Made by a program: the position numbers and the translations under genes
NCBI GenBank assembly: GCA_964057225.1
Contig: OZ059896.1
Location: forward strand, 14,136,001 to 14,200,000
DNA from: Auanema rhodensis
Taxonomy: Eukaryota > Animalia > Nematoda
Direction of reading: 5' to 3'
DNA length: 64,000 nucleotides
Shown: one piece after another, positions 37,731 through 51,881 of the stretch
Numbering within the stretch: the first letter of the stretch is position 1
How the letters are laid out: each line of letters begins with the position of its first letter
The notes under the pieces: generated by a model
Told to the model about the DNA's origin: nothing
Databases searched by the model: none
Seen by the model: only the letters and a program-made list of their open reading frames with translations

Positions 37731-40592
37731 CTAAGGACCTGCTTCTTGCTTGACCATCGTGGCAAGAGGGGTTAAGCCTTCGGCGGCTTTGTCACTTCTC
37801 CAATCGGTCCTGGGTTTCCGATTAGGATTAGACAGTCGTTTTGAGATAAATCGAAGAACCTGAAGATGATTGTATTTTTAAACTTTGATCCTTGAAACAT
37901 ACTTGTTTTCTACTTAAATCACATTTCTGTTCAATATCCCTCATTTCATCTTCAGTTGGATAATGGCCATTGTTGATAACATCTTTAATATATTCACGTT
38001 GCCAGCCTTTCATACGTGTTTGGAACTAAAATGCTTCATTTAAAGATTCATTTCTTCCGAAACGTTTGTTTTCAAAAAATTTTTCCTGTTATAAGCTTCA
38101 TATTTCAGTAAAGTTATGAGATAATTTGATTAGAAGTTAAATATTACCATTTGTTTGAACTGAGGTGTGTTAGTTCGAAGTGATCCACCATTTCCAGTTG
38201 TAGGGGAGTTACTATCACGATGATCACCTGTCGACCATTCTTTCGCCGTCATCGGTAATGTATGCTAGAAGATAAATAATATTGATGAATAAATAAAGAA
38301 TAAATAATTTTTTTCTCATTATTTTCTTAAAAAAAAACAAAAAAAAAACGGTTGAGTTTAATTATTTTTTGGGAGATTTGTTAGTTGTCTAGCAACTACT
38401 TGCTTTATTTCATTCCATTCAAACAAGCTAAAGCTGTTATCATCTAAAATTAATAGAAAAAATATTATTATCTTATTCATTTCTGTTGTGATTTCTTATT
38501 ATTTTTTACTTTTTTAATGAAAAATTGATTATTAAAATAATATTTTATTTATTTATTTTCTTTTTACTAGTTTTAGTTAATTTGAAAATAAAACAAAAAC
38601 ATATTCTGAATCTTACCGTAGCAAATAGATTGGTGAGTAGATCGGTTGAGGTAGCCGAGAGGTCTAACTGAAAAAAAAACATAGAATTAATGATAGTTCA
38701 ATATCTTTATATAGAAATTTGAGAATCATCTAGTCATGATGTGTCAACTACTTAATCTAACTTACTTCAGGATCTGGAGGTAAAGCATTATTCTGATCGC
38801 TGTTAGCACACAGTAAAGCTATTTGATTGGTAAGATTAGAAGCAAATTTTGGATCATCTGTGGGTGATTGAGGAGTACCGCTGATGGAAAATCGGTCTTC
38901 TGATTCGGCTACCTGAAATATGATTTCTTGAAACGTTTGTTTACCAATGGTTTCTTATTTATTTTTTTAGAGAAGAGAATAGAAAAAGAACAGATATTCG
39001 AAATTTGTGGTTGTGATAGTGATAAACTTTGTTTCAACCCCCTATCGCCGCATCGAAGTTGCTTTTCTATTTAAGATGTTATAATAAGAAAGTAAAATAG
39101 AGAGAAAGAGAGAAATGAGAGGGGACAAGAGATAAAGAGATAAAGAGAGAGTAAGAGATGAGGTTATACTAATGTTTTCTACATAAATTCAAGATTAGTG
39201 TTTATTCTTTCATATATTATCATTTTCTATTCAAGAATTAAACTTAAAAGAGAATATTTGAAAAATAAAAAGAAAAGGTAAAAGATAAAGATTTATATAG
39301 AAAGATTAAAATCTCATTGTCCTTCTATGATTCTATCCAAAACAAAAAAAAAAAGATTTTTATTCATAGAATGGTTAGTTGTTATAGTTTGATTGTGATA
39401 TAACTAATTTCTATAATCAGATTTTAATCAAATATAACTCTTAAAAGCAATAATATAGAGTTATATAGCAATATAATGAGAGAGAGGAAGAGTGAGGAAG
39501 AGAGAGAGAGACAGAGAGGGAGACAGAGAGAAGGAGAGAGAAAGAGAGAGAGAGAAAGAGAGAGAGAGAATGCTATCGAAAGGTAGAGAAAGTCTTTCTG
39601 AAGAACAGTCGGGATAAACTAAAGGTCAGAAGGTGATTCAGAATTTCTTCTTTTTTTTTTTCGAATTTTCACCATTTATCTTTTGCATAGTTTTTGCAAC
39701 CATTTCATATCACTAATGCATATCTTAGGCTTTGTCAGTCCCCTATCATGTCGTTGACAACGAATATAAGCTGTTTGAGGAAAGCCGGCTGTCAGTGCTA
39801 GTCCCGAATCTGGTCTCCTAATCATAGCTCCGTTCCTCTATTCTGTCGTATTGCCACTTTCTTGGCTACCTATTCAATACATTCCTTATAATCATTTAGA
39901 TGTCTGTATCTCTTGCTTAGATATGTTTTGTCTTGCTTCAAGTAGTTCGTTTACTTGTATATTCGCTCTTTAACACTTGTTATCATAGTCTAACTCTGCC
40001 ATTCGTTGGCCTTACTACCCCCCTCCCCCCACACACCTCCTCTAACTCTCTATGTTTTCTCCAATTCTCTTCTAGCATTTTCGTTCTAGCTCATTTGTCC
40101 TTCGTATTTCATATTTCCTTTCTTTCTAATTCTATTCCTTATATATACATATCATAGGTATTCATTAGAGCGACTAACGTTCAATTTTTCTTTTCTTTTG
40201 CCATTTTCTCTTTCTCTGTATCTATAATCCTTATACACTCTTATCCTACTCTCTCTTTCTCTCCCTCTCTCTTAGCTTTATCCTTCTGTTTCTCTCTACC
40301 TATCACCCTCACCCTTTAATTCTCTGAAATAAGTAAGCAGTTCTTCTGATTTATAGATTAGAAAAAGCATAAAGGAGATATGATTAAGAGTAAAAACCAT
40401 GATTAGTTGTCTTGGTTGAAAGTAAATTTCATAGAAATACTTCGAGTCTTTCTATCAATCAACTATTACCTTCTATTAAATCAATTTTCCTTTTGTGAAC
40501 TGCAAGATATAAGAAGTTGAAACTCAGGTGTTTTACTTGTTTTCATCAACTTGTCTTCAAATAGACAGATAAAATTATAAGGTCTATATAAC

Positions 40593-40632
<40 letters not shown>

Positions 40633-41680
40633 GAAATTCACTCAATGTTCATATGGGGAATAAGCGCTAAAAATCTCGGAAGAAGAGCTAGCATTTTCAA
40701 TATAAAAAAACCCCTGTGCGAACACTACGATCCCAGATGTGAATGTACATATGAATGAATTTTCATGGTAGTAAAGCATGAGGAATAAGGTCGATTAAGT
40801 TGGGAATGTACATGAAATCCCGCATATCTTTTTCCTTAGAATTTGCATGAAACCCTGAGAAGATTTGCTTCCTCTTTCATCTCTTCAGCTTCTTTGCTAT
40901 TTTGCTTTTCTGTTGCTCAATCTCTTTCATTCCTTAATTAACAACATACGGCTTTATCTATCTTTTCTCTATTCTTAAAGCATATCTTGCTTGTTTAAAG
41001 ACGTAGGAAGAACACAATGAATCTTGGGAAAAAACGTCAAATTTAAGAGAGAAAGAGAGAGATAGAGCAAAAGATATAAAGAAAACGAGAACCACGTTAG
41101 AAGCATAGAGAGAGAAAGAGCAAACGACATAGGGCAAGGTCTTTAACCGTGAATTTTTCCTATCCCATTCATTCCGTAATTCATTTCCCTATGGCTCTTA
41201 TCGTTTGCAAAGAAACAGAGATGTTCTTATTCTCATTCTTTTGCACCGGCTTACATCTTGCTCTTCTAGGTGACGAAATACTAAGGTTGGGCCATTTCAA
41301 GAATGCCATTGTCTTCTAACCCCTTGAGGAGTCTTTTCTCATATCTCAACAGGCGCACTATTACGAATCTAATCTATCTTAACATATTTCTAATAGACAT
41401 AGGTTTGAAAAAGTTGAAACAAGATCATTCTAACATGAAACATCTTGAAATGATATCAACAAACTAGCTGTTTCTCTTATCTCTCTATTTCTCTCCCTCT
41501 ATGTTCATTATCTCCCTCTGTATAACAACAACTGGTCGGTGTGAAACATTAATGTCTATTTGTAGAATATTTCGAATAAGTTGATAACAAATAACATCAT
41601 TTGCTGTCTGATTAGACTCATCTTCTTACAGTCTGTAGATTTTTTTGTAACGACAAATAACAGAATAAGCAGAAAGAGAA

Positions 41681-41731
<51 letters not shown>

Positions 41732-42934
41732 GGTAGAGAGTAATAGAGATGGAGGAAGAGATCAAAGCTTCCCCTCTAACAATTTTTTTCGTTCTTCTTT
41801 TTGCTTTGTCAAGTTACTTCAGAGCAAAATTATAAATCACACTTAGAGGCTTGAAAGAGAAATTCTTCCATTTCTTGTTATTAGAGGTATAGGCTCCCTA
41901 TTAAAATAAGTCAAAATTACAATGTCTCCTTCTTACAAATTTAGCGGAAATTACAGTATATATGATTATAGTTGAATAGCAATAGAAAATTCGAACTTAC
42001 TCGATCATCATTCTTATTATTTGGTGATTCATCAATAGCTCCATCATCATTGGGATCTGGACGCGCAATAGCTTGACTAAGATTAGATACGAAAGAAACG
42101 TCCGAATATCCATGATTAGCCTATAAGTATTTTTTTATTTTGAAAGAAAAATACAATAAACTGAAAAAATATATATGCACATGATGTTGTGAAGTCAATA
42201 TAGAGCGGATGTATCGTTTGATATAGCTTGAGAGCCGTTTTAGAAATTAAAGTTCGTGGTTTCGCAAAAAACGGAAGTGAAGTGGCTAAGTATTTCAGCG
42301 ACAAAGGATTTCGGCGAAACAAATCATAATCATCATTGGTTCTTAATGCAAACAAGATTGTCCTCAGTCCTCTTTTACTTTCGCATCATCAAATGATAGC
42401 TAAATGGTAATACAAACAACCAACAAAGCTTGATGGGTTGAGAAAATGAAGTTGAAGATGATGATGACAGTAGAAGATTAATAGTTAAAAATGCAACTTA
42501 TTGATCATTATGGTTATTATATAATCATCAATTATAATATTATAAAAGAACATATTTGATTGAAATAGTATAAATATAAATAATAAGCTTTTCTAATATT
42601 TTCATATATTTAATTGAAATTAAAAAAAAAGAAAGAAAGACAAATATTTGGAATACACCCTCGCTCTAAACGGCTACGTTACATGAAAATAGTGAATGTA
42701 CGTGAATATCTCACGTGAACACACATTTATGTAAAAGTCATTAATTAGCATAATTCACGTGAAAATACTAGTATAAATGTCGATTTAAGCTAATTATGTG
42801 TTGGAAACAAAATACGAGAAATAAAAAAGAATAGAAAAATAAAATTGATTACTTACAATTAAGCCAAAGAAGTCTACAACTGCCGACTCTTTTACCCGTA
42901 CAACTGCATATTTATAACGAGGTTTTTCCTCCAT
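37731..42934 (-). CDS. nsy-7: Atypical homeodomain transcription factor NSY-7-like, 254 aa
   Basis: Exons (minus): 42934-42857, 42120-42001, 38912-38766, 38667-38617, 38264-38148, 38025-37903, 37859-37731; all phase 0, GT-AG. N-terminus MEEKPRYKYAVVRVKESAVVDFFGLI. C-terminal domain FQTRMKGWQREYIKDVINNGHYPTEDEMRDIEQKCDLSRKQVLRFISKRLSNPNRKPR has homeodomain-like helix spacing. Symbol assigned from recalled similarity to C. elegans NSY-7 and its adjacency to sax-7; not confirmed by search. Confidence 0.85.
39478..39569. repeat. GA-rich compound microsatellite
   Basis: Imperfect (GA)n in nsy-7 intron 2; similar runs at 40598-40628 and 41682-41721. Confidence 0.85.
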
Positions 42935-42936
42935 TC

Positions 42937-42944
42937 CTATAAAA
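42937..42944 (-). promoter_or_regulatory. 3' splice / trans-splice acceptor upstream of the nsy-7 ATG
   Basis: TTTTATAG on the minus strand, 2 nt before the ATG at 42934. Confidence 0.6.
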
Positions 42945-45900
42945 TATAATTATTATTAAAAGTTTAAATTTAGAAAAAATTATTCAAAAGTATTTGAAGA
43001 TTTAATAATGAAATTTAAATAAAAAAAAGCAAAACTAACAAGAAAACTGTAATATACACAGATCCTACATAAGAAGTTTCAAATAAAAAAAAACGAATAA
43101 AAGCCGAAGAGGAGCATGTAATAAGAAAAGTTAGAAACTACGATCAAGAAATGTGATTCTGATGAGTTGAATGGCAATTTGTATTGTATCATCGGTGAAG
43201 GCAGCATATTCCGGAAGAATAGGATGAACTGTGGAGTTTACAAGTTCAGACATCAAAGCGTATTGATGAAGAGTAGGAGGAAGAAGATGAAGATGAAGTT
43301 GATACCAAGGACAGAAGAAAATGACGTTAGTAATAGATAGTGGAAGAAAGAAGAAGACATGAACAACATGATGATGATGAATATTCTTCTTGAATCTCTT
43401 TAACGATACATTAAGCGGACAGAAGAAGTATAGTTGTATACCAAGTAATGCTGGACGACGATGATGATTAGAAGAAGGAGATGATGGGGATATGAGTGAT
43501 GTGAAACCAACAACAACAGCATACACAAGTAGAAGAAAGAATTTGAATTTATTCTCGTGGCAAAACAGACAAAGTTATGAGCCGCCTCAAAAATGCTTCT
43601 GAGTTTGTATTGAATGAAAAGTACAGAGAGAACATGTGAGTCATATGGTATTTTCATAAAAGTAGGAAGAAGTATGTATGCTATGTGTGATGAAATTGAA
43701 ATATAAAAAGTGGAAAAGGTACGAAAAATTAAAAATTGAAGATTAGATTAGAAGCAAGATGAAGACAAGGACGGATAACTCGAAAAGCCTTAGAATGTGA
43801 ATGAGACGACGCAGGATGATAGGCGGAGGATAGGCTCCAGATGAAGACAATTGAAGAAAAGACTTTACAATACACAAAAGCTGAAACCTTAAATGAACAA
43901 AGACTCCAAAGATAGATAGAGGAAGAGAGAGAGACAGGAAAGAGAGTAGTGACATGGTTAAGAAGCAAAAAAGGAAAGATGGTTTAGTGGTTGTCCATGT
44001 GTGTGTGTGCTAGAGTTCACTGATTAAAGAAAAGAAATGAGAGAAAAAGAAAGAGAGATAGGGAAAGAGATAGGGAGGTAGTGAATCCATATGAGGACAC
44101 TACGAGAAAATGGCAAAATTGCTTAAACTGCTGCGAAATAGATACATATATGGATAACTACTGCTGAGCTTAGGTTTGATGAAAAAGGAAACAAACTTTA
44201 TATGAGCTATATGATGATGCTTATGTTGAAGTTTGAAGTGGAATTGAAAATTGAAGGAACTGGACAATCTGCGCTTGGCATCTGGGAAGTCAAGACGTTC
44301 TTTTGCAGACAGGCGAGTAAAAAACAACAGAATGAAGTTGGAAACACTTATGATTTCAGACAAACTATGAAAAATACTATATAACTAGTAAGTAGATTCT
44401 GGAGCTTGATTGAAAATTAGTTGATAAAGTCAAGATTCGATCAGGTATTTCGGGGGGCTGCGAAGGCGGAAAATGATTAGGAGCTTGGATAAAGAGGAAA
44501 AGTTAAGTTGACAATGGAAAACAAAGGAAAAATTCAGATGAAAAAAGGGAGAGAGAACGAAGAAAAGAGCAATATAAAGGTGAGAGCGACGAGAAGGCTC
44601 TTATGAAAATGGTGTTAGTTCTCGAGATGTTACAGCGGCTAGATGAAACTCTGATCACTTAAATGCAACTATCTTAACACATTCAGCATCAGCTGATTTA
44701 AGGTATAAATGCTTTTTCTTAGAGGAAAATGATTAAAAGGGTGAAAAATCTAATGAAGGTTGTATGATGTGCGGATGAGGAAGTGCTTCGATAGTGGTCA
44801 GAACTTTTCAAAAGAAAAAAGCTTTAAATGGCTTTTGAAGCTATGAGAGGTTGTGGTTTAGCGATGATTATGATGAAGAAGATGAAGGAGGAGAAAACGA
44901 AGAAGAACAAGAGATTCTAACGAAGTTCATAAGCAACGCGAAAGATACATATTATTAAGAAAATTAGAAGAAGCTAAAGACGCAGAAGAGAAAGAGCAAA
45001 AAGATGTGAGCTTCTGAGGTGACTAGGAAACTATGCCTCGGCAAAAGGCTTCTGGTTAGAGAACACTGGTAGTAGTGATTAGAGCGAAATGGGGCAGCAA
45101 TAGCAACAGCCAGCAGCTTTCAGTCACAGCTCGCCGTGGAGCTTAGACAGAAGGCAAAAGCTAAACGACAGATGAAAATAATAATGAATTTTGGAGAGAA
45201 CATAAGAGACAAAGAGAGGAATGAAATAGTTTGAATATGGAGAGAAAACCGAGGGGGGGGGTAAAGCCTGATGCGTGATTAGCTAGTGAGGACGATAATA
45301 GATTATTGGATAGCAATATCTTAAGTACCGATTAAGAAGTTTAATTTAAAGAGAAATCCACCTGTGCACAGAACATATTTGAAATGATTCAATAAAACAC
45401 AGATAAGAGAAATAGCAAAATTTGGAGGCAAACCAGCTGAAAAGAAGCCACAGATGAACTTCGAGAGAAAATCTCAAACTAACGACTGAAGCAGAAGAGG
45501 AAGAACGTACTACTGCTGAGAGTTATCATAGATGCCTTTCCATGGTTGCTTGTATATTTACCACGAAAATAAGGGAAAGAATCGAATGAATTAGAAGGAT
45601 AATTTTTCAAGGATTTCAGATAAAGAATCAACTGACAAGAGATATAGTGAAGGAAGACGCCCAGTTCATTTTTTTCTTTTTTTTGTGATAACAAACTAAC
45701 GGGCTAGCAAGTATTATCATTTGCCAAATCCATATCTACTCAGATTATTTTTGGATTCTATATACCTTGAACTGCCACTGTGCTCCGAAAAAAGGAAGAC
45801 AAAGTTAGTATTTGAAGGTAGAGAGAGAGAGAGAAAATTCAGAAAAGCTGATTAAGAGGGAAAAGAAGCCATAAATCAAAGACAAAATAGTTGTTTACTA

Positions 45901-48352
45901 GTTGGTTTGCTCATTAAACTTTACCTTCTTGATACAATTAGTATTCTGGGATATCTACTACGAAGTCATGCATTTAGAACGATATCATCAAGACTTTTGA
46001 TCTTCCAACAAAGAAATAAGTAAATCAATTTTGGACGACAAAGAAGACAAAATGTGATAAAAAGAGGAAAACATGAAACAACAAAAAGATATTATTAGTA
46101 CTTTTTTAAACTTAAATACAAAAAAAAGATTTATCTATGAAATATAAATCCATTTGAGTTTGAAAGGTAATGAGAACAGATAATTATTAATTATAACGAG
46201 AGATAGAGAGAGAGAAAGGGCGAGAGAGAAAGAGAGACATGAAAAACATTTAAATAATTACATGATGATATCTCTTTTTTTTGTATTTGTATGTTAGTTA
46301 TGAGAAATAAGAAGAGAAAAAGATCAAGAAGCTAAAGAAGATGGAATTGAAGAGATTTATAAGAAATATTTCCACTGAAATTCAAATAAAATACAGAAAA
46401 GATTGAAATGAATGGAAATGATTTGTATAGCAGTAGAGTACATAACACTTGAAATTCAAAGTGAAATAGTAAGGTAATAACATGGTGAAGCTGATGCTTG
46501 AAGATGAAGAAGAAAAGTTAATTTATAATTCAAATGGAAAATGAGAAAAAAATGGAAGAAGTGATATGGTGATTTGGTTGAATTGAAATTTGGTGGAAGA
46601 TATAGAGGAAAGATGGATTAAGGGTAAAGATTAGATGAATCCGTCAAGTTCTTTCGGAAAATATGACAATAACTCGAAAGATGAAACTGTTAGTTTTAAG
46701 TACAGAGGTTAGAATAACAGAGATAGATAGATAGATTAATAGAGAGAGGTAGAGGTAGAGAGAGAGTATGTACGAACATAACGACATGAAAAACTCAAAG
46801 AAACTCAAAGAAATTAATATAAATAGAAGATCATATGTTTCTTGACACTGTTTCATTTCCATATGAAAGTTTCTTTGTTTCTTTCTCTTATCAATTTTCG
46901 TATTTCCTGTAACAATAGAGGAATAAGAAGAACAAAGGAGCATAAGCAATATCGAGAGCATAGACAAGGATGATCCAACCATTTAAAGGAAATTAGAGTT
47001 GTTGAAGGAGTATTAGACAAAAAGAGATCAAAAGAAGGTATATAAAGGAAAAATAAGAGAAAGGAGTTTATAGAGAGAAACAGTAAGGGAGAGAGAGGAG
47101 GAGAGAGAGAGAGAGAGATAAGAAATAAGGAGACGAAACTAGGAGATTGTAGAAAGATGTTGTGATCACTATGCCAACGACGACAACGAAGTAGAATCCT
47201 GTGGTAACGAAAGAATAGATAACACAATTTGCTAAGAAGCTTAGAAAGATACACAAAGCAGTATCATGAATGTTGGAGAGAGAGGGAATACGATTGAGTA
47301 GTTAAAGATCTAGGACACAGGGTATAATCATCATCATGCCATCATCGTTGGCTTTCAACTGGTCGTCTTCCTGTCGAAATCATTATCAGTAAGCAGATGA
47401 TCTAGTAGAACAGCCAACGTCTGCAAAGCTCATCTGTCTACAGTTCGCTGTTGATGTTGCCGATAGGCACGATGCTGTCGTCTTCAGAATCAGATGTGAT
47501 GCTTGCAAGTGGGGTGTAACCATGCCGCGATAGACATACGCACACATCACACAGATGAACGGATGCAGATACAAGAAAGCCGTATACCTAAAGACTGTCT
47601 GAAATCGTTGCAGAACGTAGCTAAGTGACTTTGGCCCTTCCCCACCCAAAGCTGGTGCTTATCGGAAAAAGAAGTTAAATATTTGCTCGCAGGAGGCCAA
47701 TTTTCCTACGATTTCCGTAGGTCGGCTGTGCTTTAATAACTAAGGTGCTTCTCATTGTCGTGTTCATTCAGAAGTTTTTTTTCTTCTCCATCATACTTTT
47801 AAATCATCTTCAGCATGCCTCGGGCCTCCTCTCTAAGTGTTTTCCACAACCTCTCAATCTGCTCTTCTCCAATTTTCTATTTCTTCTTCGTTTTTTTTCC
47901 TTTAATGTTATAAATTCCTTCTGTGTTAGAAGTATCACACTTTCATGCTTCTTTGATTTTTTTCTATTTCATCAACATATCTTTTCTCATTTTCACCATG
48001 TCTATTAAATCAATTTTGGAGAATTAAGCAAAGCCCATTGGTAGAAAAAAAATGAGCAAATGAGTTGAGGTAATAAACGCCGACTGAGTTAGGTGTATAA
48101 GCAAAACTTGTGATTGTCGACCACATAGACATAGAGAGACACACTCACATACACCCTATACACAAATCTAGAAGCTAATCAGGGTGAGCAGTAGAGCGGA
48201 TCATGAGATAACGGCTGGAGATATGGTGATATGATGATAGAAGTGGAAATAGTCGTAGTAGTAGTCATAGTAGAATGAATAAAATAGGAAAGGTAGAAGA
48301 GAGAGAGATATGACCACACATTCAGCTGTATGAAGCTTTAAGCTTTAACACG

Positions 48353-48358
48353 TCTCTC

Positions 48359-48397
<39 letters not shown>

Positions 48398-48440
48398 ATT
48401 CATATAGTATTTATAATCTTTGTTTCAAAACTTTACACTT

Positions 48441-48492
<52 letters not shown>
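48353..48492. repeat. (CT)n followed by (AT)n/(AGATAT)n microsatellites
   Basis: Direct reading; orientation is opposite to the surrounding (GA)n runs. Confidence 0.85.
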
Positions 48493-48494
<2 letters not shown>

Positions 48495-49973
48495 CATACT
48501 CATTCTCTATACCTATCTATATTATTTTCATTTTCTAATACAAACTTTATATCTTTCTCTTCCCTTAATTTTCTCTTTTCTTCTTTCCTTTTCACAATCC
48601 TCCTCTTTCTCTTTTCTCTATATCTACCTCAATATCTCTATTTTTCATAACCAATCAATTGAGCTCTACAATAATATAAGGCATAAACAGCAAACGAGGC
48701 AAAAACAAGAAGTGATGAGAGGGAAACTGCATAAAGAGTAAAGAAGAGAGGAAGAAAAAGAGAGAGGGAGAGAAAGAGATTGAGCTGAAATTGAAAAGAA
48801 CTGATGCAAATTATTGAAGGTATGACAAGGTTTTATGAAATGTTGAAGAGCAAAGTCAGACATTAGACATTTTGTCAAGCGAAGTAGAAGTACTTTAAAG
48901 CACTTTTGACGGAAAGGATATATAACACTAAGCGGCAGTATTTAGCAGAAGCACAACCGTTCTATATCATTGTTTATGTTAAAATGAAAATGTATACGTG
49001 AGTTATTACACGTAGATAGAATATTCTAATTAAATTGGAAAATGTTGCAGACAAGTGTTTGTGAAAATGCAATGAAAAAACTACAATTTTGTCATTTACT
49101 ACTATTTATATTTCAAATTTTCCTAAATAGAATCGCTAGTAAGAAGCTCTTGAGTTAATCTTTTCAAATCAAACACATTGCCAGTTTTGAAATAAAGCAT
49201 ATGAAAGAGTTAAAAGAAGGCTAAGTGAAAGCTGAATGTTATGACAAAATTTGGACAAAAGAAACCATAACTTTGTCAAAAAAACCTTTAAACACGAGAA
49301 GAGATAAGGAAGTAGAATGAGCTCATATCACAACCATTGTCTACAGCAAAAGCTTCAGTCAAACAGCATTAATCTGATGATATATACATCTATATCTATA
49401 TCTATATTTATATATTTATATGATATAGAGTAAACTGGAGCTGATAATGATGAATGGGTGAGAGAAATACTTCTGAAGCTTTAAGCTAAGGGGAAACGAG
49501 TGAGAGAGTGAGAGCAAGAGTGGGTGGAGAGTTCTAAAGTAAAATTAGCGAAAGAAACGAGATTTCGGAACAAATTGAAATAAAGTAGATTAATCAGAAA
49601 AATGACTAAATAAGGAATAAAACAGTAATGTGAAGAAACAGTTAGAAACAGCTGCATACTGACAGAGAAGAGGGGAAAGGGAAATTGACGAACTTAACAT
49701 AACAAAAATTAAAATAAGCTGTGAAAACAGCTTTCTTTTCAAAACGTTGGAAACTAAAATAGATTGCTGAGCCATGAAATTGTCGTCGAAAAAAAGGTTA
49801 TAATAGCTTATAGATAGGCCATATGAGAAGATAATATATAAAGATGGTTGTGAAAGAAAAATAACAAGAGAATAGTCCATGTAATCTATCAGTAATTCCG
49901 AAATGCAAAATACCCAAAACGATATTTGCTTTACAGTAAGGTATACTTCGGGTAAGAAAAGTAAAAAGAGAAC

Positions 49974-49978
49974 GAGAT

Positions 49979-50033
<55 letters not shown>

Positions 50034-50039
50034 GAGAGA
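49974..50039. repeat. (GA)n/(GATA) microsatellite
   Basis: Direct reading; similar runs at 51826-51917, 52430-52538, 59205-59240 and 60914-60948. Confidence 0.85.
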
Positions 50040-51848
50040 TAATTCAAGGAAAAAAGAAAACTTATCAATAGATGTCTAACGATGAATATAACCAATTGAA
50101 GAGAGAAGAAATATAGATGAATGATATTATAGTTGTGCTCTTCTTATACTTTTATGTTTGAAGTTTTAGATATCTTAGATTATATACCATACATAAACGA
50201 ATAAATTTTATAAATTGTAGAGGAATCATATTTCGTTTTTCCATCCATTTTGATCAGTTTTTCAACGAGAAAATCAAATAAGGATGGTGATTTATATTCG
50301 ATTTAAGTGCTTTTCAAAACAATACAGTGGATAAAGCTACTTCATATTATATAGCGTAGGTGATAGGATAGTCCTCTTAGTATCTTATATAATCACAATA
50401 ATATTTTTCCTTTTTATTAAATTTCCCATTCTTTCGGGGAATAAATTTTAAAATTTTCATTCAAATTATTTGCCAATTTCACATGTACAAAAGTTGCTGA
50501 TGCTCATGCTGGTGTCCTGTTTGAGCATTAACATGGGTGTGTGCTGTATGTGCCTCTTGTTGTTTGTGATTGGGAAATATAGATATTCTGATACAAAAAT
50601 GAAGTTTTCAACTAAGTTTTGATCAAACTTCTTAGATACAGACACAATATTCACAATAGAAGGTTCTTATATGGGAATGAACGACAATATTGATTATCGT
50701 ACAGAATTCTCAACGACAACTGCCAATGTGCAGCTGGTGGGATTTTAGGCTGTTTATACGAAATTTCGTCCATAAAACGCGAGAGCGCAAATAAGCTATA
50801 GAAATGAAGGAGGGAACATTTCAAAGATGAAGCTTTTAGTCTGTGAAAAAGCGAGTAAGATTAGATACGTTCAAAAACTTTTATTTGATTTTATATGTTG
50901 GGCATTATGATTTTTCTATATGTAATAGCTAAGCATTGAATTTAGTGATGAAGGAGAATGAAGAGAACAAGAAGTAAGCCGGAGGACAGAGAGTAAACTG
51001 TATGTGATATTACTGTCTGTCTGTCGACATCATGAACATCATCATCATCATCGTTGTCGTCGTTGTCGTTCATCTCATGACTAAATGTAGGCACACTAGT
51101 ACTACTAGCCTGTATGCATTTGTTCAGAACAAGCAAGGGACCCCACAGGCAATGAATAATAGTAATAGGTTTAAGGATAAACTTCTGATGAAAAAATGGA
51201 AAATCTGAGCTGAAGAGGGAGGGAGAGATAGGCAGGTAGAGACAGGGATAGAGTTAGGGGAGAATAACGAGAGAAGAGATACAAAGAAAATAAGAATGTA
51301 CTACAATCGTAATCCTTACTGCCATTACTAAATCTAATTTTTCTTTTGAAGTTTATAAGGAGAGGATCGCCTCGGAAATGGCGAAAAATATTTATAAAAT
51401 TGCTTAGTTACAACAAAAAATAAAATAAAATTACATGAAAGTGTATTAATTGTTTCGATTGAAAATGATTGTTCCGTTTTGAGGGCAGTCAGAAAGGATT
51501 GAGAGAAAGAACGTTGAAGAATTTGATGAAGCACTGAGATTTCTCTGTGTGCTAAGTAGTTATGAGACTTGTTGAGATTCAGACTAAAGCAAAGCAGAGC
51601 AGAAATGAAATCGACACAATTATTATTAGCAATAATAAGGATCGAAGCCCTAATTAGTTGTCTCCTGAAGAATAAAGAAAGCTCAAAATAGGAACTGAAG
51701 TAAGAATGAATCAAAAGTAAGAAGAAGACGAAGAATAGTTAGAACTTCATCATCATCATCTTCATCATATTCTTCTTCTTTTGCTTTATAGTTGTTGGTG
51801 AAAGAGAAAGAAAACGATGAAAATAAAGAGAGAGAGAGAGGTAGAGAT

Positions 51849-51881
<33 letters not shown>

